DNA of 63,188 nucleotides, filler included, from Bdellovibrionota bacterium (GCA_963169515.1; 4 parts of 4 records of this genome joined end to end with filler, not necessarily neighbours in it), one strand, 5' to 3'; counted from the whole stretch's first letter, positions 1-10,636 are shown. Numbers and translations: made by a program. The notes: a model not told the origin generated them from the letters alone.

Positions 1-1186
1 CCAATCCCTCTATTCCAACAGGACCGCGGGCATGGGTTTTGTTTGTGGAAATTCCGACCTCGGCGCCCATCCCAAATCGATAACCATCGGCGAACCGGGT
101 GGACGCATTGACCAAGACGCTTGCTGAATCCACTTCTTGTAGAAATTGATTTTGGGCAACAGGATCTTGGGAAATTATCGCGTCAGTGTGGTGTGAGCCA
201 TAAGTATTGATGTGCTTAATGGCTTCATCTGTATTTTTCACGATTTTCACAGCACAGGTCAGATTACCGTACTCGTTATTCCACGTTTTTGCCAGTGGGA
301 GGCTTTTAACCCACCTTCTGCTGGTCTTATCGCCTAAAATTTTTACGCTTTTGGATCTTAAATCGCTAACAATGGCTGGAAGAAATTTTTCAGCAATGCC
401 ATCGTCAATCAGAAGTGTCTCCATCGAATTGCAAGCAGATGGGTATTGAGTTTTGGCATCCAAAATTATCTTTTTTGCCATGTTCAGGTCTGCCATCTTG
501 TGAACAAATATGTGGCAAACCCCGTCGGCATGGCCCAGAACCGGAATCTTTGTATTTTTCATTATGGTTTGCACCAACTTGCTTGATCCGCGCGGAATAA
601 TCAGGCTGATATAATTATGGTATTTCAACATTTCGTGTACTGCTTTGCGGTCGATGAATAATTGAGCCCAAAACTTGGGCAAAAATGGCAAGTCTTCATT
701 TAATTGATTTACAATTTTCATAAATGCTTTATTCGAATGAATAGCCTCACTACCGCCCTTTAGAATTGCAGTGTTGCTGCTCTTTAAAACAAGAGCGAGG
801 ACCTGCGGAATGACGTCAGGGCGTGATTCGAAAATAATCCCTATCACGCCGAGCGGAACAGAAATTTTCTCAAGCATCAAGCCGTCATCGAGCTTTAGCT
901 TATTTAAAATTTTTCCAACAGGATCGGGGAGAGCGGCTAAATCTTTTAATCCTTGGGCTAAGATTTTTATTTTTGATTCATCAAGTATTAAACGCTCGTA
1001 TAGACTGGAAGCGAGTTTACCTTTTTGGGCCTTTAAATCCTTTTCGTTTTCTTTGATTAAGAAGTCTTTTCGTTCCCAAATCAATTCTGCAAAACGAATC
1101 AACGCCTGATACTTTTGATCCGAGGTCAGTCGTGAACATTGATAAAAAGCATGGTGTGCATTTTCTAAAGATTTTTTAACGGTCAT
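1..1186 (-). CDS. proA: gamma-glutamyl phosphate reductase (partial, runs off window edge)
   Basis: Not in ORF track; my translation from ATG 1186 (ATGA overlap with proB stop) includes VNASTRFADG and EVGISTNKTHARGPVG, the ProA signatures. Confidence 0.95.
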   Translation of the reverse strand, partial: MTVKKSLENAHHAFYQCSRLTSDQKYQALIRFAELIWERKDFLIKENEKDLKAQKGKLASSLYERLILDESKIKILAQGLKDLAALPDPVGKILNKLKLDDGLMLEKISVPLGVIGIIFESRPDVIPQVLALVLKSSNTAILKGGSEAIHSNKAFMKIVNQLNEDLPFLPKFWAQLFIDRKAVHEMLKYHNYISLIIPRGSSKLVQTIMKNTKIPVLGHADGVCHIFVHKMADLNMAKKIILDAKTQYPSACNSMETLLIDDGIAEKFLPAIVSDLRSKSVKILGDKTSRRWVKSLPLAKTWNNEYGNLTCAVKIVKNTDEAIKHINTYGSHHTDAIISQDPVAQNQFLQEVDSASVLVNASTRFADGYRFGMGAEVGISTNKTHARGPVGIEGL

Positions 1187-2289
1187 AATTGGTAGTCCTT
1201 GTATATTACAAGATTATCTCGATGTATGGCCTCCTCATTTTTTTGGCCCTTTAAGCGCTTTAAATCAGTACTGGAATAATCGCAAATCCCACGGCCGATT
1301 TCGACTCCCGCTTCGTCTTGAATGCTTAAAACGTCGCCGGACTTGAACTCGCCCTTCACATCAACTATCCCGATGGGCAAGAGACTTGCCTTTTTTTCAA
1401 TAAGTGCCATGGCAGCTCCGGCATTTACAATAACGATACCTGAGGTATTTGAAGAAAATCCTATCCAGTTTTTACGCTGCGACATTCGGTTAGCGGGTAA
1501 AATCAAAGTACCCGGAGATTCTGAATTCCATGTTACTGTTGAAAGGATCTTTTTAATAATATCTTTTTCGTGCCCTGGCGCCACAACTGTGAAAACTCCG
1601 TTAAGGGCGGCGACGCGCACAGCTTCCAACTTCGTTTTTAGGCCGCCACGTCCGGATGCGGATGTTCCCCCGACTTTAATTTCCTTGAGCTCCTCAAAGC
1701 TTTTAATAAGCGAGATTTTTTTTGCGTCTTTGGATGTGAATGGGTTGTCCGTGTAAACACCATCCACATTTGTCAAAATAATTAGAAGATCCACGCTCAT
1801 CTTTGAAGACACAAGCGCTGAAAGCTTATCATTATCCCCAAAACTTTTGCTTTGCGCTTCGAGCTCAACCGTCGAAATAGAGTCGTTTTCATTAATGATC
1901 GGAAGTGTTTTTAATTTCAAAAGTTCGATTAAAGTTTTTTGAAAATTTAAATATTTTATTCGATCGGTTAGGTCGTCTGCTGAGACCAACAGCTGAGCCG
2001 CTTTTTGATCTAATTTTGAAAGAATCTTGTTATAGGAATTCATCAGAAGCGTTTGTCCTACGGCCGCACAGGCTTGTTTTTGGCTCGTAGAAATATTTTT
2101 TGAAATACCAAGTGCATTACGCCCCAGACCTACCGCGCCAGAGCTTACAATCAAGAACTCAATATGCGGGAATGAATGTAATCCTTTTAAAATTTCTCGT
2201 ATTCGAGTTTCGGCAAACAAACCGTTTTCATCTGTAACCACCTGGGTTCCAAGCTTTATCAGAACGCGTTTGAATTTGGGAAGTTCCAT
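1183..2289 (-). CDS. proB: glutamate 5-kinase with C-terminal PUA domain
   Basis: IKLGT, VSSGAV, AAVGQ, PIINEND, FGDNDKLS motifs; PUA-like C-terminus (SLLPIGI...IHRDNLV). Confidence 0.96.
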   Translation of the reverse strand: MELPKFKRVLIKLGTQVVTDENGLFAETRIREILKGLHSFPHIEFLIVSSGAVGLGRNALGISKNISTSQKQACAAVGQTLLMNSYNKILSKLDQKAAQLLVSADDLTDRIKYLNFQKTLIELLKLKTLPIINENDSISTVELEAQSKSFGDNDKLSALVSSKMSVDLLIILTNVDGVYTDNPFTSKDAKKISLIKSFEELKEIKVGGTSASGRGGLKTKLEAVRVAALNGVFTVVAPGHEKDIIKKILSTVTWNSESPGTLILPANRMSQRKNWIGFSSNTSGIVIVNAGAAMALIEKKASLLPIGIVDVKGEFKSGDVLSIQDEAGVEIGRGICDYSSTDLKRLKGQKNEEAIHRDNLVIYKDYQL

Positions 2290-2702
2290 TACCAGATCTT
2301 CTTTCTATTTTGCTTTATCTCAGAGTGTTTGTGTTTGAAACTTAAACGCTTTTCTTTTGCCGATAGCGTGGGTTTTGTTTTGATCCTTTTTTTTGAGACA
2401 TGGGTCGCCTGGATAATAATTTTTTTCAACTTTTCTAAAGCGTCGGATACATTTCGTCCGCGATCTCGGTATTTATCGCTGTGGATAACAATCTCGCCAT
2501 TTTCGTTCAAAGTTTTCTGAAGCTTGGACAGCAACTGCTCCCGTAAAACATTGGGTATACTGTGGCTGTTAGGAATACTCCAATGAAGTACGGCTTTGGA
2601 GTTTGTTTTATTGACTTTCTGCCCGCCTGGTCCGGAGCTTCGCGCAAATGTGAAATAAATTTCCTTTAGCGAAATGTGAATGTGGTCCGTTACGATAAGC
2701 AT
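2289..2702 (-). CDS. arfB: alternative ribosome-rescue peptidyl-tRNA hydrolase
   Basis: RSSGPGGQKVNKTNSK GGQ motif and basic C-terminal tail (KKRIKTKPT...). Confidence 0.92.
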   Translation of the reverse strand: MLIVTDHIHISLKEIYFTFARSSGPGGQKVNKTNSKAVLHWSIPNSHSIPNVLREQLLSKLQKTLNENGEIVIHSDKYRDRGRNVSDALEKLKKIIIQATHVSKKRIKTKPTLSAKEKRLSFKHKHSEIKQNRKKIW

Positions 2703-2769
2703 TTTTTGAGTGTACTAGGTATTGATCCTATGGTCTACTGTCTAACGACTCAAAAAGAGGGGGGCACAC

Positions 2770-4365
2770 ATGGCCGTGTGGACAAAGATATTTCTTACTT
2801 TTTCATTGCTTTTTAGCCTTGGAGCGGAGGCGTCCTGGATTGTTAAAAAGGCTGGAGATGGGCAAACAACAGTCGTAAAATCACCTCAGAAATTCGATGG
2901 GCAAAATCGCCAGTTAAGATCAATTCCAGAATTTATTGTCGAAGGGCCCAATGCGCCCAAAACGGGAATCTATACTGAAACCATCTACGGAGACGAGTTT
3001 TTGCCAGCGACGTTACGTACGCAAACAAAAACAGAAATGGCGCCCTGGCCGGGATCAGAGGTCCGTACCCTCGTGCAACAGGGACCGGTTGAGAATCGAA
3101 TCGACCTGACAATTGTGGGAGATGGTTACACCCAAAATGAAAAAGAGAAGTTCTTTACAGATGCCGAACGAATTAAAAATGATTTGTTTTCTGAAAAGAC
3201 GTTTTCAAGTTATCTTGCGCTGTTTAATATTCACGCCGTATTTGTTCCTTCCCAAGAATCGGGCCTGACCGATCTAAAAAAGAAAAAAACTGCACTTGGA
3301 CTGTATCGGACCCCAGCGGGCTCAAAGCGTGCAATTATGCCGGGAAACACGGCCACAATTGAAAGAGCTATTGCGTTAGCTCCTGACGCGGATTATCCGA
3401 TTCTAATGGCAAATGACGATTTTTATGGTGGGCTAGGTGGCCGTTATGCGATTACAACTCGGTCAGTAGAATCTGGAAAGATTGTTTTGCGCCATGAGCT
3501 TGGACACAATTTTGGTGATGTGGGCGAAGAATATGACGGTGGGGGTGTGTATTCGGGGGCCAATGCCTCTGCAAGTCCCAATGTTTCTTGGAAACATTGG
3601 GTACAAGATCATCTTGACGTCTATGAATCAAAACAGCTTTCAGGTGATTATGTTTGGCAAAATTTAAATCGACCATACAAAGCGCAATTTCGATTTCCGG
3701 CAGGTTACGATTTAGATGTGATCGTAAGTTCTGTGGGTTGGCAAACGGCAGATGACGTTCATGTTTTCTTAGACGGCCAAAAACAAGAATTGATTGGTAA
3801 ATTCACAGCAGATCGCAGTTTCTTTAATGTTGAAAGCCAGCTGGCAGAAGGTGCTCACGTGATTGAAGCGAAACAAAATATTGCAGATGGTGACAATGTT
3901 TTGGCGTTCATTACAGTTTTTGCTTTGCCCGCTGGAATTAACAAAGAGAACCACCATGTGGGCGCGTACGCAACATTTGATGAGTTTGGCGGTAAATCCT
4001 ATCGACCAACATTCAATACGTGCATCATGCGTGAAATGTTGTCTGATGAATTCTGTTCTGTCGATAAAGAAAATTTTTGGAAACAATTTTTAGCGCGAGT
4101 AAAAATAATCGATGACGTGAGGATTCAAAAAACTGTTACGGGCTTTGTTGTCGAAGCATTGACACCTCCACTAGAAGGATTGAATTTTGCATGGTACAAA
4201 GTTGCGGCTGGGGGGCTACAAAAACTTCCAAATATAGGAAGCAAATTGATATTGAACGGGAATGAAAGCGGCAATTATCGGGTTGAAGTTCAATTTCAAA
4301 CACCAGAAGTTCGCCAATATAGCTCTGACTTTGCAGCGACTAAGGACTTTGTAATTGTAAATTAG
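2770..4365 (+). CDS. secreted M64-family (IgA peptidase-like) zinc metallopeptidase
   Basis: Signal peptide; NRIDLTIVGDGYT, YGGLGG, HELGHNFGDVGEEY, CIMR motifs. Confidence 0.85.
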   Translation: MAVWTKIFLTFSLLFSLGAEASWIVKKAGDGQTTVVKSPQKFDGQNRQLRSIPEFIVEGPNAPKTGIYTETIYGDEFLPATLRTQTKTEMAPWPGSEVRTLVQQGPVENRIDLTIVGDGYTQNEKEKFFTDAERIKNDLFSEKTFSSYLALFNIHAVFVPSQESGLTDLKKKKTALGLYRTPAGSKRAIMPGNTATIERAIALAPDADYPILMANDDFYGGLGGRYAITTRSVESGKIVLRHELGHNFGDVGEEYDGGGVYSGANASASPNVSWKHWVQDHLDVYESKQLSGDYVWQNLNRPYKAQFRFPAGYDLDVIVSSVGWQTADDVHVFLDGQKQELIGKFTADRSFFNVESQLAEGAHVIEAKQNIADGDNVLAFITVFALPAGINKENHHVGAYATFDEFGGKSYRPTFNTCIMREMLSDEFCSVDKENFWKQFLARVKIIDDVRIQKTVTGFVVEALTPPLEGLNFAWYKVAAGGLQKLPNIGSKLILNGNESGNYRVEVQFQTPEVRQYSSDFAATKDFVIVN

Positions 4366-4478
4366 TATGCTACAGCGCAAGACCGTATTTTGAAAAGGCC
4401 ATCATTTTTCATCAGAAAAAATAGTTTGACGCGTTACCTCTAAAACTATAAGAGTATACCCCTGCCTGAGGAGGGATT

Positions 4479-6086
4479 ATGACAGGAAATAAATTGGGCG
4501 TTTATGACGCAATTGTCGTTGGCGGTGGGCATAACGGTTTAGTCACTGCTGGATATTTAGCAAAATCAGGTTTGAAAGTTGCAGTATTTGAAGCACGCCA
4601 CACTGTCGGTGGTTGCGCAGTTACTGAGGAATTGTGGCCCGGCTTTAAGATTTCTAGATTGTCGTATGTAAACAGCCTTTTTCGCCCGGAGATCGTTGCT
4701 GATTTAAAATTAAAAAATTTTGGTTTTGAAATGTTGCCGCGTGATCCGTCCAGCTTTACGCCGTTCCCGGACGGGCGATATATGTTGCTCGGCCCAGATA
4801 AAAAAATGTGCCTAGAGCAAATTTCAAAATTTTCTAAAAAAGATGCCGAGAACTATCCAAGATACGAAGAAATGCTTTCCGAAATATCTGAGATTTTAGA
4901 GCCAATGATGGCAATGGTCCCGCCGAACATAGGAAAATTGAGCTTCTCTGATTTTATGACGTATGGAAAATTTGGATTTAAAAATCGTCATAAAATCAAA
5001 GAAAACTGGGGAGATATGTTCCGCTTGCTCACAGGAAGTGCGACGGACCTTTTAAATGATTGGTTTGAAAGTGACGAATTGAAATCCACTTTGGCAACAG
5101 ACGCCGTAATTGGAGCCAACGCAAGCCCAAGTATGCCGGGAACAGCGTATGTGCTTTTCCATCATGTGATGGGTGAATGTAATGGTGTCCGCGGAGTATG
5201 GGGCTATATGCGTGGTGGCATGGGCGGTCTTACACAAAGTATTGCAAAATCTTGTCAAGCGCTAGGCGTAGACGTTTTCACAGATACGCCAGTTCAAAAA
5301 ATCATGGTGAAAGACGGTAAAGCTGTCGGTGTGATTGCAAAAGGTGGCCGCGAGTATCAAGCAAAGGTGGTCGCATCAGGAGTTGATCCCAACGTGACAT
5401 TTAACAAAATGATGGATGAACACGACGTGCCTGCAGAGTTTATGCGTAATGTTCGTAGAATTAATTATGATAGTGCTTCTGTGAAAATAAACTTAGCTTT
5501 GAGTGAATTGCCAAATTTCACAGCGTGTCCGGGGATGTTCGGACCGCAACATCGCGGTACAATTCATATCTGTCCATCGACTCAATATATTGAGGAAGCA
5601 TATGCAGATTCAATTACAGGTCGACCAAGCCGCAATCCGATTTTAGAGGCTACGATCCCGAGTTCTATCGACGATACGCTTGCCCCTAAAGGTCAGCACG
5701 TTATGAATATTTTTACCCAGTATGGGCCTTATAGTTTGAAAACAGGAACAACTTGGGAGCAAGAAAAAGAGGCTTATGGAAAGCGTTGCATAGACATTAT
5801 GAATGAATATGCGCCGAATTTTAAAAAATCGATTTTACACATGGAAGTACTTACTCCACCAGATATGGAGCGCGAATGGAATTTGACAGGCGGAAGTTTG
5901 TTTCATGGTCGATTAACATTGGATCAAATGTTTAATATGCGCCCAGTTCCAGGTTATGCGGATTACCGCACACCGGTTAAGGGTTTATACATGTGCGCGA
6001 GCGGGACACATCCGGGTGGCGGAGTTATGGGAACGCCGGGCCTTAATGCTTCGAAAGTGATCCTCAAAGACTTTTCGCGGTTATGA
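4479..6086 (+). CDS. phytoene desaturase-family FAD oxidoreductase (PYROXD2-like)
   Basis: GGGHNGLV Rossmann motif, GGCAVTEE, GGMGG, C-terminal GLYMCASGTHPGGGVMG. Confidence 0.88.
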   Translation: MTGNKLGVYDAIVVGGGHNGLVTAGYLAKSGLKVAVFEARHTVGGCAVTEELWPGFKISRLSYVNSLFRPEIVADLKLKNFGFEMLPRDPSSFTPFPDGRYMLLGPDKKMCLEQISKFSKKDAENYPRYEEMLSEISEILEPMMAMVPPNIGKLSFSDFMTYGKFGFKNRHKIKENWGDMFRLLTGSATDLLNDWFESDELKSTLATDAVIGANASPSMPGTAYVLFHHVMGECNGVRGVWGYMRGGMGGLTQSIAKSCQALGVDVFTDTPVQKIMVKDGKAVGVIAKGGREYQAKVVASGVDPNVTFNKMMDEHDVPAEFMRNVRRINYDSASVKINLALSELPNFTACPGMFGPQHRGTIHICPSTQYIEEAYADSITGRPSRNPILEATIPSSIDDTLAPKGQHVMNIFTQYGPYSLKTGTTWEQEKEAYGKRCIDIMNEYAPNFKKSILHMEVLTPPDMEREWNLTGGSLFHGRLTLDQMFNMRPVPGYADYRTPVKGLYMCASGTHPGGGVMGTPGLNASKVILKDFSRL

Positions 6087-6096
6087 AAAAATAATT

Positions 6097-6573
6097 TTGA
6101 AACGTACGACACTGATTGTATTTCTTTTGAGTTCCATTGTAATTTGCGATCAGACGGCAAAGCTGATTGCGAGAGAATTTTTGCGTGGGACTGCGCCTCG
6201 ATCTTTCTTAAATAATTTTTTTGTATTGGAGTATGCAGAAAATCCAGGGGCTTTCTTAAGTCTTGGTGCACGTTTGTCGGAGCGCTTTCGTTTTTGGCTA
6301 TTTATTGTTTTTGTTTCGGGATTTGTGATCTGGGCAACATGGCATGTGTTCAAACATTCGCTTTCACGGATCGAAACAATTTCTTGGAGCTTGATAATCG
6401 GAGGCTCCGTCGGGAATTTAATTGATCGTTTGACTTACGGGAAGGTCATCGACTTTTTGCACATTGGGTTTGGAAGCCTTCGAACTGGAATTTTTAATAT
6501 TGCAGACTTCGCCATTGTCGTCGGGTTACTTTTTATTATGGTGCCTGGCACCAAGCGTCTAGGAAAGGTATAA
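6097..6573 (+). CDS. lspA: lipoprotein signal peptidase II (start codon uncertain)
   Basis: DQxxK, NPGAFLS, GNLIDR, VIDF, FNIAD motifs; several TM segments. Confidence 0.9.
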   Translation: MKRTTLIVFLLSSIVICDQTAKLIAREFLRGTAPRSFLNNFFVLEYAENPGAFLSLGARLSERFRFWLFIVFVSGFVIWATWHVFKHSLSRIETISWSLIIGGSVGNLIDRLTYGKVIDFLHIGFGSLRTGIFNIADFAIVVGLLFIMVPGTKRLGKV

Positions 6574-7574
6574 TGTCTCAGATATTAATTAAAAAATTAG
6601 TAAAAAAATACGGTCAAAACCAGGTTGTTCATGGAATTGATTTGGAAATTAAGCCGAAGGAGTTTGTCGTTCTGGTGGGTCCTTCAGGATGTGGGAAATC
6701 GACGACACTTCGTATGATTGCAGGCCTAGAAGAAATTTCTTCAGGAGAGATTCAAATCGGGAACAAAGTAGTTAACAATCTTGCACCCAAAGACCGAAAT
6801 ATTGCGATGGTGTTTCAAAACTATGCGCTTTATCCACATATGTCGGTTCGAGAAAATCTTTCGTTTGCTCTTCAGCTTCAAAAAATGGATCGGAAAGATA
6901 TCGACCGGCGCGTACGACAAGCGGCTGAAATTTTAGGACTGATGGATTTACTTGAGCGACGCCCAGGGCAGCTTTCGGGTGGCCAGCGCCAACGAGTCGC
7001 TATGGGGCGTGCAATTGTGCGGAATACACCTGTGTTTCTGTTTGATGAACCACTTTCGAATTTGGATGCAAAATTACGGAACCAAATGCGTACAGAAATT
7101 AAAAAACTACATATGCGCATGGGAACAACCATTGTCTATGTAACCCACGATCAAGTTGAAGCGATGACTCTGGCCGATCGGATCGTTGTGATGAAAGATG
7201 GTTATATACAGCAAATCGGATCCCCTCTTGAAATCTATAGAAACCCAGCGAATGCATTTGTAGCGGGTTTTATCGGAAGTCCCCCGACAAATTTAATAGA
7301 AATTTCAGGACAGATTATTGGAATGCGTCCAGAGCATATACGGTTAGAGGCGGAAGGTCTGAGCAACCCAGTTGGTTACCAAGCACAAGTCGAAGTTCTT
7401 GAACCATTGGGCGGAGAGACCTTGGTTCATACTTTAGTTTTGAATCAAAAAGTAATTGTGAAATGTGAAGGCCTTGCTCCGGTCCGACCAAGTCAGGTAA
7501 TTCAGATTTATATTGATAAAGAGAATCAAAGATTCTTTGATAAAACGTCAGGCAAGGCCCTGAACTATAATTAG
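6573..7574 (+). CDS. ugpC: sn-glycerol-3-phosphate ABC transporter ATPase
   Basis: GPSGCGKST, LSGGQRQR, FDEPLSNLDAKLR; operon context. Confidence 0.88.
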   Translation: MSQILIKKLVKKYGQNQVVHGIDLEIKPKEFVVLVGPSGCGKSTTLRMIAGLEEISSGEIQIGNKVVNNLAPKDRNIAMVFQNYALYPHMSVRENLSFALQLQKMDRKDIDRRVRQAAEILGLMDLLERRPGQLSGGQRQRVAMGRAIVRNTPVFLFDEPLSNLDAKLRNQMRTEIKKLHMRMGTTIVYVTHDQVEAMTLADRIVVMKDGYIQQIGSPLEIYRNPANAFVAGFIGSPPTNLIEISGQIIGMRPEHIRLEAEGLSNPVGYQAQVEVLEPLGGETLVHTLVLNQKVIVKCEGLAPVRPSQVIQIYIDKENQRFFDKTSGKALNYN

Positions 7575-7582
7575 GAGGGATT

Positions 7583-8872
7583 GTGAGACCATTGGCTATT
7601 ATTTTTTCCTTACTGCTTGTTTTTCAAGTTGCGAATGCCGAGACTCAAATTAACTTTTGGCATGCAATGACTGGAGATCTTCAATCGGCATTAGAAGCTC
7701 TGGTTAATAACTTCAATGCTTCTCAAAAGATGTACAAAGTTGTTCCTATTGGTAAAGGAAATTACACTGAAGCGCTTAACGCAGGCATTGCAGCATACCG
7801 TGGGAAAAAACAGCCAAACCTGATTCAAGTTTTTGAAGTGGGTACAATGACGATGATGTCCAGTGGAGCAATAATTCCAATTCAAGATTTATTGGCAGAG
7901 CAAAAGGTGAAGATCAATTGGGCGGATTATGTTCAACCGGTATTGTCATATTACGAAGACAAAAACGGAAAGTTGATGTCGATGCCTTTTAATTCGTCCT
8001 CACCAATTATGTACTACAATAAGGATTTGTTTGCAAAAGCGGGTATCAAAGAAGTGCCGAAGACATGGCAAGACGCTTACAAAGCCTCGGATGCGATCGT
8101 GAAATCTGGAGCCCCCTGTGGGATGGTTGTTGGGTGGCAACCATGGATTTTAATAGAAAATTTTTCTGCAATTCACAACCTTCCATTTGCATCTCTTGAA
8201 AATGGTTATGGAGGGGTCAATGCAGAACTAAAATTTAATACGCCCGCCGTCGTACAAAACGTAGAAAAACTTCAATCTGGTATAAAAAATAAATCCTTTG
8301 TTTACGAGGGTCGACGTAGCGATCCAGCAAGGAACGCATTTACGAACGGTCGCTGTGGTATGTATTTAGATACATCGGCGCAAATTTCCGCAGTGAAAGC
8401 AGGATCAAAATTTTTGTGGGGAGCGGCACCACTTCCCTATAATGCAGGTACAAAGCCTCAAAATAGTATCATCGGCGGGGCCACACTTTGGGCATTCAAG
8501 GGCTTTACGGCGAAAGAAAACAAGGGCGTTGCAGAATTTATTAAATTTTTAGGTCAGACGGACTCGCAAATTGCATGGCATAAGTCTACCGGATATTTGC
8601 CGATCACTTTATCTGCATATAAAAAATTAAAAAAAGAAGGGTATTATAAAGAAAACCCAGAGCAAGAGGTTGCAATTCTTCAACTGACCCGAACAAAGCC
8701 GAGCGTGCTTTCGCGTGGGATTCGTTTGGGCGGGTTTACACAGATTCGTGAGATCGTTGAAGAAGAACTTGAGAAAGTTTGGGCTGGAACCGCAACTTCA
8801 AAAGCTGCACTGGATTCAGCTGTAGAGAGAGGGAACAAGGTCTTACAAAATTTTGCTAAGACTGTAAAATAA
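7583..8872 (+). CDS. ugpB: sn-glycerol-3-phosphate ABC substrate-binding protein
   Basis: FWHAMTG, QVFEVGT, SMPFNSSSP, IIGGATLW, TGYLP, RGIRLG motifs typical of UgpB. Confidence 0.9.
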   Translation: MRPLAIIFSLLLVFQVANAETQINFWHAMTGDLQSALEALVNNFNASQKMYKVVPIGKGNYTEALNAGIAAYRGKKQPNLIQVFEVGTMTMMSSGAIIPIQDLLAEQKVKINWADYVQPVLSYYEDKNGKLMSMPFNSSSPIMYYNKDLFAKAGIKEVPKTWQDAYKASDAIVKSGAPCGMVVGWQPWILIENFSAIHNLPFASLENGYGGVNAELKFNTPAVVQNVEKLQSGIKNKSFVYEGRRSDPARNAFTNGRCGMYLDTSAQISAVKAGSKFLWGAAPLPYNAGTKPQNSIIGGATLWAFKGFTAKENKGVAEFIKFLGQTDSQIAWHKSTGYLPITLSAYKKLKKEGYYKENPEQEVAILQLTRTKPSVLSRGIRLGGFTQIREIVEEELEKVWAGTATSKAALDSAVERGNKVLQNFAKTVK

Positions 8873-9759
8873 TGCTCAAACGCTCCCATTACGAAAATCC
8901 AATTTTGCCATACTTATTGATCTCTCCGCAGATGTTGATCGTAATTTTATTTTTCCTTTGGCCCGCTGGGGCGGCCTTACTGCAAGCATTTCAGATTTCT
9001 GATCCATTTGGGCAGGGGACAGCGTTTGTTTGGTTTGATAATTTTAAAAATCTATTTGAAACACTAGAATATCGACAATCTTTTTTAAAAACATTGGTTT
9101 TTAGCGTCTCAACGGCTCTATTGTCTTTGCTAATGGGCTTGGCATTGGCAGCACTTACAAACCGTATTTTGAAAATCAAAACAGTGACCCGAACGCTTTT
9201 AATTTGGCCTTATGCGGTTGCACCGGCGATGGCGGGTATGTTGTGGTTATTTTTATTTCATCCGACCTATGGTGTGATCGGGCATTTTTTGGTTTCTAAT
9301 GGTGTAGATTGGAATCCAGTACTAAATGGTACCCATGCCATGGTTATGGTTATAATCGCGGCATCTTGGAAACAAATTTCCTATAATTTCGTTTTCTTTT
9401 TGGGCGGATTGCAGGCTGTGCCTCGATCCATTCTTGAGGCCGCCGCAATTGATGGTGCCGGTCCACTGCGAAGGTTTTTTGTTATTGTATTGCCACTTTT
9501 GTCGCCAACAATATTTTTCCTGATAGTAATGAACTTGGTGTATGCTTTTTTTGATACGTTCGGCGTGATACATGCAACAACTGAAGGGGGGCCGGGTGGC
9601 GCCACAAGCACATTGGTTTACAAGGTATATTCTGACGGATTCGTAGGGCAAGACTTGGGTGGATCTGCGGCGCAGTCTGTGATTTTAATGGTTATCACTG
9701 TTATTTTGACAATTGTGCAGTTTAAAGTTGTTGAAAAGAAAGTTCATTACAATGGTTGA
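8872..9759 (+). CDS. ugpA: sn-glycerol-3-phosphate ABC permease
   Basis: WPYAVAPA, WKQISYNF, EAAAIDGA, FFDTFG motifs. Confidence 0.92.
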   Translation: MLKRSHYENPILPYLLISPQMLIVILFFLWPAGAALLQAFQISDPFGQGTAFVWFDNFKNLFETLEYRQSFLKTLVFSVSTALLSLLMGLALAALTNRILKIKTVTRTLLIWPYAVAPAMAGMLWLFLFHPTYGVIGHFLVSNGVDWNPVLNGTHAMVMVIIAASWKQISYNFVFFLGGLQAVPRSILEAAAIDGAGPLRRFFVIVLPLLSPTIFFLIVMNLVYAFFDTFGVIHATTEGGPGGATSTLVYKVYSDGFVGQDLGGSAAQSVILMVITVILTIVQFKVVEKKVHYNG

Positions 9760-10636
9760 GCGGACGCCGATACTTGATTTTTTTAGCTATGCATTTCTTG
9801 TCCTGGGGATTGTCGTTGTCGGATTTCCAATCTATTATTGTCTGGTTGCGGCTACGTTGCCATTAAGCGAAGTGCTTAAGTACCCTATGCCACTGATCCC
9901 GGGTGAAAAGTTGTTAGAAAATATTCGTGCTGCCGTGGAAAAGGGCCATTTAGAAACACAGCTCTGGAATTCGTTCCTTATGGCGCTTGGAATTACTGTC
10001 GGTAAAATATCGGTTTCAATAATTTCGGCATTTGCCATTGTTTATTTTAATTTTCGAATTCGTATGTTAGCGTTTTGGATGATTTTTATGACATTGATGT
10101 TGCCTGTAGAAATTCGAATTTTGCCAACCTATGAAGTTGCTGCAAATTTATTTTCTCCCTTTAAATCTTTATTTCGAATTTTCAATTTAGAATTTGGTTT
10201 GGATTTCAGTTTATTGAATACATACTCTGGACTTATTTTGCCGCTGGTTGCTTCGGCTACGGCGACATTCTTATTTCGCCAGTTCTTTTTAACATTGCCA
10301 GAAGAACTATGTGAGGCCTCAAAAATGGATGGGGCAACGCCGATGCAGTTTTTTTGGAAGATTGTATTTCCGTTATCAAAAACAAATATTGCAGCTTTAT
10401 TTGTGATTGTATTCGTAACCGGGTGGAATCAATACTTGTGGCCGCTCCTTGTGACGACAGAACCAAGCATGGATACAATCATTGTAGGGGTCCAACATTT
10501 GATTCCCAAAGCCGACCAGGTTCCACAATGGAATGTTGCGATGGCAGGTGCACTTGTTGCGATGGTTCCACCAATTATGGTCGTTCTGCTTATGCAGCGC
10601 TGGTTTGTTAAGGGGCTTGTTGAGCATGAAAAATAA
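9752..10636 (+). CDS. ugpE: sn-glycerol-3-phosphate ABC permease
   Basis: Start at MVERTP (ATG 9752); LMLPVEIRI, ASATATFLFRQFF, WNQYLWPLL, QRWFVKGL. Confidence 0.92.
   Translation: MVERTPILDFFSYAFLVLGIVVVGFPIYYCLVAATLPLSEVLKYPMPLIPGEKLLENIRAAVEKGHLETQLWNSFLMALGITVGKISVSIISAFAIVYFNFRIRMLAFWMIFMTLMLPVEIRILPTYEVAANLFSPFKSLFRIFNLEFGLDFSLLNTYSGLILPLVASATATFLFRQFFLTLPEELCEASKMDGATPMQFFWKIVFPLSKTNIAALFVIVFVTGWNQYLWPLLVTTEPSMDTIIVGVQHLIPKADQVPQWNVAMAGALVAMVPPIMVVLLMQRWFVKGLVEHEK

Noticed and set aside
207..1109. Plus-strand ORFs at 207-449, 415-600 and 771-1109
   Set aside because: Antisense to proA, which the track misses because it runs off the window edge.
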